Shown here: in pieces, positions 1-7,815 of the stretch
Layout of the letters: each line of letters begins with the position of its first letter
Position numbering within the stretch: position 1 is the stretch's first letter
The notes under the pieces: generated by a model
The model's database searches: none
Seen by the model: only the letters and a program-made list of their open reading frames with translations
Told to the model about the DNA's origin: nothing
DNA from: Candidatus Hermodarchaeota archaeon
GTDB taxonomy: Archaea > Asgardarchaeota > Thorarchaeia > Thorarchaeales > Thorarchaeaceae
Length of the DNA: 33,638 nt
NCBI GenBank assembly: GCA_048885865.1
Contig: JBHLLF010000025.1
Span: forward strand, 4,179 to 37,816
Reading direction: 5' to 3'
Made by a program: the position numbers and the translations under genes

Positions 1-57
1 AGCAAGCTCTATAACGAGTTCACTACTCAAACGCTGATTACAGACTTCACAGAATGA
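1..57 (+). CDS. Possible 3' end of an upstream gene (partial, SKLYNEFTTQTLITDFTE*)
   Basis: Frame 1 is open from the window edge to TGA at 55-57, on the same strand as the next gene. Too short to identify. Confidence 0.25.
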   Translation, partial: SKLYNEFTTQTLITDFTE

Positions 58-118
58 GGCATCTTTTCGGGCAATTTAAGAGATGAGCGGACTGCCTAGC
101 TACTAGAGGAAAGATGTC

Positions 119-1645
119 TTGATGTATGAGCGGCTATGCAACCTATGCGCTCGAATTCCCCCTTTTTCCTCATTGGGTGCGCGGAGAGAGGATCGAGAGC
201 TTGCAAAAGCAGTCAAATTCCTTGAAACAAGGATGCAAGTGAATACACAAGGTGTCTTCGCAGCTTCCTATTTTGCTTCAACATTAGTACTTGTCATTTC
301 ACTCATGGTATTCATTCTGCTTGACGCAAGTATATTGATAGCTTTACCAATATCCGCTATCGTTTCTGCAATAACCTACTATGCTGTAGTGTCCCATCCT
401 GTATCAACCATGAACAGCTATAAGCTCAGCCTATCCGAAGAAGCGGACCTCGTCTTCGAGCAATTCATCCTTGTCTTTCAAACCGGAGGCACAATCTTTG
501 ATGCAATAGAGATGGTAGCTTCATCTGAACACCCCTTCTTGTCAAAGGTCTTTCAGAACATTATGGTGCAGATTCAAGGCGGCACGCCTCCAGAAACGTG
601 CCTGATGGAATTTGCCAAAAATCAGCCCTCTGATGATTTGAGGAGATACATAATGGGCATTCTCTCAGCTCTTGAGAAGAAGACTGAACTCCTTGACCTC
701 CTCTCAGGAGAGTCTTTTGAAGCCGATATGACACTACGCCAAAAGAATCTGGAGCTTGAGAGCCGTCTTTTAGTTGTAGCAGCACTTGCCACCTACATCC
801 CAATAATGCTCACTCTAGCAATTTCACTCGCGGGACATGCCACCAATCTCATTGTCCTTTTGTTGGCACCAATCCTCATAGGACTCAATTCGCTATTGAA
901 AACAAGATTCTCAAGTCAGTTCTCTGCGTACTTCGACAGGCCCAATCGCGAGAATGTGTTATTCCTTCATCAAAGCCATATAGTCGCAGAATATGATGAA
1001 TTCCTAAACTTCCTCATGCTGCTGTCAGAACGTCTGAGGTCCGGCGACACTCTGGAGGTGGCTATCCAGTCTGTCCGCGAAGATGTAGCAGTGGAGATTC
1101 AGAAGCTTATTGATCCGGTCATTACGGCCATAACTTGGGGAGGGAAAAGCATAGAGGAAGCCATGGCCGACGCAGCTAAGATGGCATTGGGTCAGCGGGT
1201 GGCAAATATGATCAAGATGATAACGGTGATGTGTGAGTCTTCTGCTACTGATGCTGGAGACCGGCTGTCAAGGATTGCTGCTCGCCTTGTAAAGCGGTCT
1301 GCAGTGGCAAAAGAGCGCGAGTCAATTATCGCGGCTCAGCGACTCAAGGTGTATCTATTGAGTATCACCAGTTCACTTGTCTTGGGTCTGCTCTCCGCGC
1401 TTTCCCCATTCTTATTCATTGGATCTTTGCTTACTGAGGGACCTACTTGGAGCGCTGGTGATTTGTCTTTACTGAGCATCCTGCCTCTATTCGTCACCTT
1501 ACTTGTCACGACAATATCCACAGGTTATCAAAACACAAGTATGGTTGGAGGTAGGCGTCCAATCTTAATGGGCGCCGTTTGCGGACTTCTATTCTGGGCA
1601 GCTTTCATGCTTTCATCTGCCATTCTAGGGATAGAAATTGTGTGA
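119..1645 (+). CDS. Type II secretion system F family / FlaJ-TadC-like pilus platform membrane protein (two T2SSF repeats)
   Basis: Two cytoplasmic helical repeats, each followed by TM hairpins: 'QTGGTIFDAIEMVA..LSKVFQNIMVQIQGGTPPETCL' and 'RSGDTLEVAIQSV..GGKSIEEAMADAA'. Confidence 0.75.
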   Translation: MMYERLCNLCARIPPFSSLGARREDRELAKAVKFLETRMQVNTQGVFAASYFASTLVLVISLMVFILLDASILIALPISAIVSAITYYAVVSHPVSTMNSYKLSLSEEADLVFEQFILVFQTGGTIFDAIEMVASSEHPFLSKVFQNIMVQIQGGTPPETCLMEFAKNQPSDDLRRYIMGILSALEKKTELLDLLSGESFEADMTLRQKNLELESRLLVVAALATYIPIMLTLAISLAGHATNLIVLLLAPILIGLNSLLKTRFSSQFSAYFDRPNRENVLFLHQSHIVAEYDEFLNFLMLLSERLRSGDTLEVAIQSVREDVAVEIQKLIDPVITAITWGGKSIEEAMADAAKMALGQRVANMIKMITVMCESSATDAGDRLSRIAARLVKRSAVAKERESIIAAQRLKVYLLSITSSLVLGLLSALSPFLFIGSLLTEGPTWSAGDLSLLSILPLFVTLLVTTISTGYQNTSMVGGRRPILMGAVCGLLFWAAFMLSSAILGIEIV

Positions 1646-1702
1646 CATAGGTTTTTTAGACGCGATGGTGAAGTTCGTCTCAGTAAGCAAGAGGTGTAAA
1701 CC

Positions 1703-2356
1703 ATGCTTCAATTCGAGATTTTCGACCTCACCCTAGCTGAAATTGTTGCCTACTTCCAGAATGATGTTGTTATTGCCTGGGTGCTGATTGGCTCTGGTGC
1801 TCTCGCTGCAGCATGGCTGCTTGAGAATATTACAGATCCTATTCCACTTCTCGGAACCATATTCGACGGGTTAGTGGCTATCAGTACCTATCTTGGCTTT
1901 TTTGTAGGCATTCTGGATATGTGTGTAGGCTATGTTGTGTGGGCTGCGAATCCAGACGCAGTGATTGTAGCCGGGCTTCTCGTCCTCATTGGTTTCGCAT
2001 TGAGTATGAGACTGCTCTCAAAGTTTCCTATCGCACTTCTTCTGTCCTTAGGCCTAGCTTTGTTCGGCACATTTACGCTCTATGGAATTCTCACTCCTTA
2101 TGCAGATGCCCCCGTCATAGGTGAATACGTCACGCAAATCATATCTTTGAAATGGATGGCAGTTATTGCCTTCATTATCTTCGCTGTGGTGTATCTTCTA
2201 AGCGGACTTCTGATCAAGTTGATTCAACTAATCGGAAAGGTATTTGCAGCAACTCCAGTCATTGTATTGATTGGACTCGGAGCACTAGCCGTAGGTATCA
2301 TCATATTCTTCAGTCCGACATTAGTTGGACTAGGAGTTCCTTGGCCAGCGCCATAA
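1703..2356 (+). CDS. Hypothetical polytopic membrane protein
   Basis: 217 aa, almost entirely hydrophobic; GAGGTG RBS before the ATG. Confidence 0.8.
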   Translation: MLQFEIFDLTLAEIVAYFQNDVVIAWVLIGSGALAAAWLLENITDPIPLLGTIFDGLVAISTYLGFFVGILDMCVGYVVWAANPDAVIVAGLLVLIGFALSMRLLSKFPIALLLSLGLALFGTFTLYGILTPYADAPVIGEYVTQIISLKWMAVIAFIIFAVVYLLSGLLIKLIQLIGKVFAATPVIVLIGLGALAVGIIIFFSPTLVGLGVPWPAP

Positions 2357-2362
2357 TCGCTT

Positions 2363-2394
2363 GAGGGGAGATGTTCCCCTCCTCCCATCTTTTT
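2363..2394 (+). terminator. Hairpin plus T-tract after 1703..2356
   Basis: GAGGGGA-gatgt-TCCCCTC stem (2363-2381), then TTTTT at 2390-2394, between convergent genes. Confidence 0.5.
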
Positions 2395-2407
2395 CCTCTG
2401 GAATAAC

Positions 2408-2668
2408 TCACATTGTCCGAGGACGTCTTATCTCTCGAATATACAGGAACTTGATTGAGAGGTCTGAATAAAACTTGGCGGCATTGTCGATGCTCTTCTT
2501 CGCCTCAGTGATTCCGGAATACCAGTCTGAAACATAGAATCCTTTCTCACCAAGGTCACCTGAAGCTAGTCGCGTGAATCCGTCTGGCAACTCAAAACCC
2601 ACAGGCACAAACATTGCTACTCTAAATTCACTGTTATTGGTTTCAAGCCAAAGTTCACAATACGACAT
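2408..2668 (-). CDS. Small hypothetical protein
   Basis: 86-aa ATG-started ORF filling the gap between genes, with globular composition. Confidence 0.7.
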   Translation of the reverse strand: MSYCELWLETNNSEFRVAMFVPVGFELPDGFTRLASGDLGEKGFYVSDWYSGITEAKKSIDNAAKFYSDLSIKFLYIREIRRPRTM

Positions 2669-2860
2669 TCATTCACAACTCTGCTCAAGGTTCCCTAACA
2701 AGAAGATTAAGGTTTGCCTGTGTAGATATGCAGCAAAAGGTGTGTCCCAAAGGGTTCAAATAGAAGAAGTCATGTGAAACTAACAAGTCTCAGTAGAATC
2801 AAATACAATCTATGATAGATGAATGTGTCACAGGGCAGACGACACGGAGGATAGGTCAAG

Positions 2861-3505
2861 TTGGCGCTCAGGTTCGAACAATCAACACTCATGAAAGAGA
2901 AAGCTGCAATCGAGAAAAAGGATGAATCTAGCCGCACAAAGCAAGAAAAGGAGAGGCTCCAGGAAATTAATGAATTGCTCAAGAAGAAAATCATTAGTGT
3001 GACCATGAGTCAAGCGCTGGTGAATCGAATTGATGAGCTTGTTCATGAAACTGTTGGTAGGTCTCGGGCTCAGCTCATCGAAGATGCAGTACGATGGTTC
3101 TTGGACTATTCCGTACATAGATGGACTGACCTCGGCCTTTATGTAACTGGTTCTAGGGTAGTGTTGGAATCCGAAACCATGAACTCATTCTTCTTCTCAA
3201 AGCTGACTCCCTCCGATCAGTATGAGCTTGGAATAACATCAGGTAGCCAATCAGCAATCGGGGATGTTATCACACTATATCATGGAACCGATCCATCAGA
3301 TAAGGATAGTCGAGGCCTTATTCTTACACTGCTTCAGAATTTTGGGTGGGGCTTTCTGAAAATGCAAAGCGATGACCTTCTTGTCATAACAAGCCCCTTC
3401 TATCCAGCTCCATTCATACAAGGCTATCTTGAAGCGCTGCTAAAGGTCAAGCTAGAACTGGTTGACACTGCAGGGAAAGATACCGTTGCCCTTCGATTCA
3501 AATAA
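2861..3505 (+). CDS. Ribbon-helix-helix (CopG/NikR-like) regulator with C-terminal V4R-like domain
   Basis: RHH 'ISVTMSQALVNRIDELV..GRSRAQLIEDAVRWFL'; V4R-like 'YELG..LQNFGWG..PFIQGYLEALL'. The start may be the ATG at 2891. Confidence 0.7.
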   Translation: MALRFEQSTLMKEKAAIEKKDESSRTKQEKERLQEINELLKKKIISVTMSQALVNRIDELVHETVGRSRAQLIEDAVRWFLDYSVHRWTDLGLYVTGSRVVLESETMNSFFFSKLTPSDQYELGITSGSQSAIGDVITLYHGTDPSDKDSRGLILTLLQNFGWGFLKMQSDDLLVITSPFYPAPFIQGYLEALLKVKLELVDTAGKDTVALRFK

Positions 3506-3528
3506 CTCGAGTCCTGCAAATCAGCAGT

Positions 3529-3954
3529 CTACCATTCTTCACCAAGTTCAAGTATCTCGAACTCTGCATCATATAGTCCTGGAATGCTCTCTATGGTGCT
3601 TCTAATAGTTGGCTCCTTCTGCCTGATTTCATCTGCTGCAAAATATACCTCATAGACACATCGATTCTCCTCGAAGCAGAATCCTGTAGTGAACAGCACC
3701 TTGAGGTCATGAGCCTTAAACAGCTGAGTCATAGTTTGCATGAGGGCAGGATTGACCTTCTCGACCTCGAGCCTGACACGTGCCCCACCTTCCTTCATCA
3801 TCGGAATGAGTCTTATCTCACCCGACCTTTCAAAATAGATTACCATTGCAGCTTTCATGTCACCAAGTTCTGGATTATTGAAGAAGTCCTCTGGAAGGGT
3901 AATCGCCCGCTTCTTCTTGACATCTGCAATCATACCTTTCGTTAGCCCGGCCAC
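3529..3954 (-). CDS. AbrB/SpoVT-like DNA-binding domain plus ACT-like domain protein
   Basis: N-terminal 'ADVKKKRAITLPEDF..GEIRLIPM' swapped-hairpin pattern; C-terminal ferredoxin-like ACT pattern containing 'TTGFCFEENRCVYEVYF'. Confidence 0.6.
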   Translation of the reverse strand: MAGLTKGMIADVKKKRAITLPEDFFNNPELGDMKAAMVIYFERSGEIRLIPMMKEGGARVRLEVEKVNPALMQTMTQLFKAHDLKVLFTTGFCFEENRCVYEVYFAADEIRQKEPTIRSTIESIPGLYDAEFEILELGEEW

Positions 3955-4103
3955 GCCAATCGCCTCTGCCTATTAACTGGTTGAATGCACTGGTGTATTT
4001 GAGTCTTCGTCTTGCTTATACCCATGTAGATAATGAATTCAGAAAGCCATAAATTAGGAGTTGAGGCTGCTGCATTACCAATTTAATAGGAGACCTACGA
4101 ATT

Positions 4104-4226
4104 ATGGGAAAGGAAGGAGAATTATACGTCTGTGACATCTGTCAGCAGGTAGTGCGCGTAGTGAAATACGGCGCTGGAACCCTGGTTTGCTGTGGTCAAC
4201 CGATGAGGCTGTTTGAGGACGACTAG
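4104..4226 (+). CDS. Stand-alone desulforedoxin-like Fe(Cys)4 protein (40 aa; not in ORF track)
   Basis: Translated by hand: MGKEGELYVCDICQQVVRVVKYGAGTLVCCGQPMRLFEDD*. It has the YxCxxC...GxGxLVCCG.xM desulforedoxin motif and an AGGAG RBS at 4088-4092. Confidence 0.9.
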   Translation: MGKEGELYVCDICQQVVRVVKYGAGTLVCCGQPMRLFEDD

Positions 4227-4275
4227 AAGGAAGGCTGACCTGCGAATATTCTCATGCAGAAGAGTGCTGCTTGAT

Positions 4276-4286
4276 AATCTTTATAT
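4276..4286 (+). promoter_or_regulatory. Putative TATA box of the first RPB5-like gene
   Basis: AATCTTTATAT about 47 nt upstream of ATG 4333; the identical 11-mer precedes the second copy. Confidence 0.5.
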
Positions 4287-4332
4287 GATAAGCTGAATCG
4301 GCGACTGCTAGACCTTCTTTGGATGTGTTTCT

Positions 4333-4887
4333 ATGATAGAGTTCCCAAGCAATGTGATAAAGACTAGGAACCTCCTCACCCTTCGAGCTTTTGAGGTTGA
4401 GGAATTGCTCGAATATGAGAATCGTTTTGAGATGCATCCGATTAAGAAATTAGAAGATGGGACAATCAAGTCCGTTGTCTGGATTCTGAAAGAGCCTCGC
4501 GTCGTAGGGATTGCGCTTATCAAAGATTTGGTCAAGAAGATGGAAGAGGTTCAAGCGCTTGAGGGCATCTTGGTAGGCGGTTCTAGATTCACACCAGCCG
4601 CAAAGAAGCATGCCAGGGACATGAGGGTGGAACTTGTCGTGGGTAACTATGCATCATTTGATCTGTTCTCACATGAACTCGTTCCTCCGCATAGCATTGC
4701 TGATGAAGATGAAGTGTCTCTAGTCCTAGAGTATTATGGCATAACCCGCGACCAAATTCCTCGAATCCTAAGAAACGACCCAGCTGTGAAAGTACTAGGA
4801 GCCAAACCTGGGCAAGTAGTCAGAATTGAACGAGATAGTGATACTGCTGGAGGAGTCTATTATTACAGACTAGTAGTCACCTCCTAG
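4333..4887 (+). CDS. rpo5: RNA polymerase subunit Rpo5/RPB5 homolog with N-terminal jaw (restriction-endonuclease-like) domain, copy 1
   Basis: C-terminal assembly domain 'HELVPPH..QIPRILRNDPAVKVLGAKPGQVVRIERDSDTAG..YYRLV'. The ~105-aa N-terminal domain has 'EPRVVGIALIKDLVKKM..GILVGGSRFTPAAK'. Confidence 0.9.
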   Translation: MIEFPSNVIKTRNLLTLRAFEVEELLEYENRFEMHPIKKLEDGTIKSVVWILKEPRVVGIALIKDLVKKMEEVQALEGILVGGSRFTPAAKKHARDMRVELVVGNYASFDLFSHELVPPHSIADEDEVSLVLEYYGITRDQIPRILRNDPAVKVLGAKPGQVVRIERDSDTAGGVYYYRLVVTS

Positions 4888-4938
4888 AATCAAATCTTCT
4901 TTCAAATACTGCTTCATTTGCAAAAATCCCTAGTTGGG

Positions 4939-4949
4939 AATCTTTATAT
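4939..4949 (+). promoter_or_regulatory. Putative TATA box of the second RPB5-like gene
   Basis: AATCTTTATAT about 41 nt upstream of GTG 4990, identical to 4276-4286. Confidence 0.5.
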
Positions 4950-4989
4950 CTCGCGCCTAGGATTGCGTTGTAATTTAGGGTGTTTTCTC

Positions 4990-5550
4990 GTGGTTGAATT
5001 CCCGACTTTAGTCATGAAGACCAGAGGTCTCCTTACTCTTAGAGGCTACCTTGTAGAAGAATTGCTGGAATACGAGGACCGGTATGTGATGCATCCTACA
5101 AGGGAGTCTGAAGACGTCACTGTCAAATCAGTAGTATGGATTTTCAAGGTGCCAAAAGTGGTAGGAGTGGCTGTTGTTAGGGAACTAGTGAAGGCGATGG
5201 AGGAGGCTCAAGCACAGGAGGGTATGCTTGTGGGGGGCTCTAGAGTCACTCCAGCATCAAAGAAGCTCGCTCGCGAAATGCGTGTGGAGCTTGTGGAGGG
5301 AGGCTATTCATCATTTGACCTCTTTGGCCACAGTCTTGTTCCGAAACATGTGGTTGCAGATGAGGAAGAGGTTCAACTTGTTCTTGACCACTACGGCATC
5401 AGAAGATCACAGCTGCCTCGAATCTATCGGACTGATGCCGCCGTCAAGGTACTGGGTGCAAAAACAGGCCAGGTGATTCGAATCCAACGTGAGAGTGATA
5501 CTGCAGGGCTCTCCTATTACTATCGTCTGATTGTTGACCCAGGGCGATGA
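4990..5550 (+). CDS. rpo5: RNA polymerase subunit Rpo5/RPB5 homolog with N-terminal jaw domain, copy 2
   Basis: Start revised from 4918 to GTG 4990 because MVEFPTLV aligns with MIEFPSNV of copy 1. Ungapped alignment to copy 1 gives about 124/184 identities by hand count. Motifs 'LRGYLV', 'HSLVPKH', 'QLPRI', 'SDTAG..YYRL'. Confidence 0.9.
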   Translation: MVEFPTLVMKTRGLLTLRGYLVEELLEYEDRYVMHPTRESEDVTVKSVVWIFKVPKVVGVAVVRELVKAMEEAQAQEGMLVGGSRVTPASKKLAREMRVELVEGGYSSFDLFGHSLVPKHVVADEEEVQLVLDHYGIRRSQLPRIYRTDAAVKVLGAKTGQVIRIQRESDTAGLSYYYRLIVDPGR

Positions 5551-5552
5551 GA

Positions 5553-6353
5553 TTAGAAAGATACTACGCCCAATGCCATTCCAGCAAAGACCATGACTAC
5601 GCATGTAATGAGGGGCAAGAGTATATTATCCGTCCCTTTTGGGCTTATGGCTTCCACAATGGTTGCAGTGCACGCACCTATCAGCGCTAGCAGAATCATT
5701 TGGATCCACAAGATATTGCCACCACTTACAAAGACACCATAGTTCACGATGCCAAAGAACCAGAATGCCAATAGCGCGCCCAGAAAACCAAAGACAAACA
5801 CTGCTACGCACCCCTGCAGGCTACGTTTTGACCCGAAGATGATTCGAGTCGAATTCGTTCCATATCGCATGCCTATGGGTGCTCCCATCCCGTCTCCAAA
5901 CATCATGATATGAATTGCAGCTGCTGCGATGAAATAGAGATTGTCATAACCAGTGAATGTGAAGGACGCAGTTAGGATGGTTATCGACACGGCATACCAC
6001 AGAGGGCCACGCACACTGCCATGTTCGAGGTCCTCTGGCCTCGCCATTGCTTCAAAAAACTTGCTGAATCGTTCGTGATTAGCAAGAGCTAGCATGACTA
6101 CGAAAGTGAGAGCAACAAGTGTAGCTACCCAGGGATGTGGGTAGTAAGGGACAGTCCATATTGCAATCCCAGCAAATATATGAACGATTCTTCTTGTCAC
6201 CTCTGACCCAAGATTCCTTTTCTTTCTAGCAATGTCGGCTATTGTTAGAATCATCGTCGCGTAGGCGATAGCTATGAAGTAGACAAGGATATCACTAAGG
6301 TCAATGGAGAAAACCACTTGCATGTCTGTTCCGCTCTTGTACAATCCGTACAA
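5553..6353 (-). CDS. Polyprenol/dolichol/phytol kinase-like membrane protein (CTP-dependent, cytidylyltransferase family)
   Basis: Motifs 'TRRIVHI', 'GPLWYA', 'FGDGMGAPIGMRYG', 'KRSLQG', 'VEAISPKGTDNILLP'. The true start may be ATG 6323. Confidence 0.8.
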   Translation of the reverse strand: MYGLYKSGTDMQVVFSIDLSDILVYFIAIAYATMILTIADIARKKRNLGSEVTRRIVHIFAGIAIWTVPYYPHPWVATLVALTFVVMLALANHERFSKFFEAMARPEDLEHGSVRGPLWYAVSITILTASFTFTGYDNLYFIAAAAIHIMMFGDGMGAPIGMRYGTNSTRIIFGSKRSLQGCVAVFVFGFLGALLAFWFFGIVNYGVFVSGGNILWIQMILLALIGACTATIVEAISPKGTDNILLPLITCVVMVFAGMALGVVSF

Positions 6354-6414
6354 ACTCTCAGGATATATCTATCGGCAAGTATCTTCAATAAAGTCACTTG
6401 CCTGCATAAGATCT

Positions 6415-6451
6415 AAAAAAGGAAAAATCGAAGGCGGATTCGGCCGCCTTC
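6415..6451 (-). terminator. GC hairpin plus T-tract after 6467..6889
   Basis: GAAGGCGG-attcgg-CCGCCTTC 8-bp stem (6430-6451), followed on the minus strand by TTTTTCCTTTTTT. Confidence 0.65.
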
Positions 6452-6466
6452 CAATTTTGATTGGAG

Positions 6467-6889
6467 CTATGCGTAATAGCAATGTACCATGACGCTTGAT
6501 ATATTCAGGTCTTTCGCTGCTGATACTTCACACCATACTCTGACCATTACCGATTCCCAGACACTGGCATCAACAGCTGGAAAGTTCCGTGTTCTCAACT
6601 CACTATTGACAATCGGCTGGTCATCGGTGAACAGTTGTTCATTCCTGTCATATGCTACTCCATAGACAATGTATTTCTTTACACTGTTTGCTGGATCCGC
6701 ATCGAACACACCCACTTTTACTCCATCAATATGTAGTTTCAAGTTGCCCTTTGTTGCCGGGAGGGGTACTCTGAACATCAGTTGGAAATCTGTGTCGTCA
6801 ACATTGTCAAAATACGGACCGGCCATCTGAACGCTGTTCGCAGGCTTCGATAATTCATATACTGCTGGAATCCACGCTTCATCGACCAT
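6467..6889 (-). CDS. Hypothetical protein, probably all-beta
   Basis: 140 aa with alternating beta-strand patterns; has its own AT-rich upstream region and terminator. Confidence 0.8.
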   Translation of the reverse strand: MVDEAWIPAVYELSKPANSVQMAGPYFDNVDDTDFQLMFRVPLPATKGNLKLHIDGVKVGVFDADPANSVKKYIVYGVAYDRNEQLFTDDQPIVNSELRTRNFPAVDASVWESVMVRVWCEVSAAKDLNISSVMVHCYYA

Positions 6890-7008
6890 GGTTATTCACA
6901 TTTTGCTTTTTATACCATATTGATTTAAAGAAAAGGTGGATGTCTTGTGAACGCACTCTGAATATAGAAACCGCATTAGTACAAGATGACAATTCATCAA
7001 AATACTAC

Positions 7009-7815
7009 CTATTCTTCAACAGGTTTGGACTGAACTCCAGTTTCCTCCTCTAAGCTGGCGATTGCCTTAATTACAATCTCTGTTAGCTCTGCATCATTTG
7101 TGCCTCTTGCAGAAACCCAGACTCTGAGGACATCTGTTGTTCCATATCTTCTTGGCAATGATTTGATATAGACTCCAGGCATCTTCTTCATTGCTCTATC
7201 AATATAGGGGGCAAAAACGGACTCATCTTTGAGTCCAAATTCAACTATCTTCTCAACATAAATTTCAGTTACTCTTTCTGTCACCCATGGCCGCACAGAA
7301 TTCTCAAAGATGTACTTCAGTTCCGCAGGCACTCCAGGCAGACAAAATATCGTTGTATCACTGATTTCAAGCATAACTCCAGGTGCTCCGCCTACTGAAT
7401 TATCCAGCGGGATCGCTCCTTCCGGTATCCGTGCCATTTTCTTCCGAGGTTCAGAAATGTCTGAGTTTGCAACGATTCCCTTTTCGCTCAGCATTTTGTA
7501 TTGCCTCTCAACAATTGACAGGGCATCCTTATCCTCAACCAGAGGCAGACCAAGATGTTCTCCGATGGCTTCTAAGGTCATATCATCATGCGTCGGGCCG
7601 AGGCCACCAGATGTGATAACCAATTGGCAATTCCCACCCAAAAAATCAAGCGCAGCACCAATCTCCTCCTTGATATCTCGAACGCCAACTAAACGGTGGA
7701 TCTCCGCAGAAAGCGCGGTGAGACGAATTCCCATCCAGTTTGCATTGGTATCAAGTACCAGTCCATCAAGAACTTCGTTTCCAATTGTGATAATCCCTGC
7801 CTTCACTAGCACCAC
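7009..7815 (-). CDS. cinA: CinA N-terminal / molybdopterin-binding-domain protein (COG1058-type, probable ADP-ribose/FAD pyrophosphatase; no PncC domain)
   Basis: Motifs 'IITIGNEVLDGLVLDTNA', 'TSGGLGPTHDDMT', 'GGAPG', 'LPGVPAEL'. Confidence 0.85.
   Translation of the reverse strand: MVLVKAGIITIGNEVLDGLVLDTNANWMGIRLTALSAEIHRLVGVRDIKEEIGAALDFLGGNCQLVITSGGLGPTHDDMTLEAIGEHLGLPLVEDKDALSIVERQYKMLSEKGIVANSDISEPRKKMARIPEGAIPLDNSVGGAPGVMLEISDTTIFCLPGVPAELKYIFENSVRPWVTERVTEIYVEKIVEFGLKDESVFAPYIDRAMKKMPGVYIKSLPRRYGTTDVLRVWVSARGTNDAELTEIVIKAIASLEEETGVQSKPVEE

Noticed and set aside
4918-4989. 24-aa N-terminal extension of copy 2 given in the ORF track
   Set aside because: It has no counterpart in copy 1 and overlaps the duplicated TATA element; GTG 4990 is the better start.
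4333-5550. Reading the N-domains as Mrr-type restriction enzymes (a defence system)
   Set aside because: No D...(E/Q)xK catalytic motif is evident, and the domain is fused to an Rpo5 C-domain exactly as in RPB5.
6467-6481. C-terminal CYYA as a CaaX prenylation signal next to a prenol kinase-like gene
   Set aside because: Tyr-Tyr is not aliphatic, the segment looks like a terminal beta strand, and a terminator separates the two genes.
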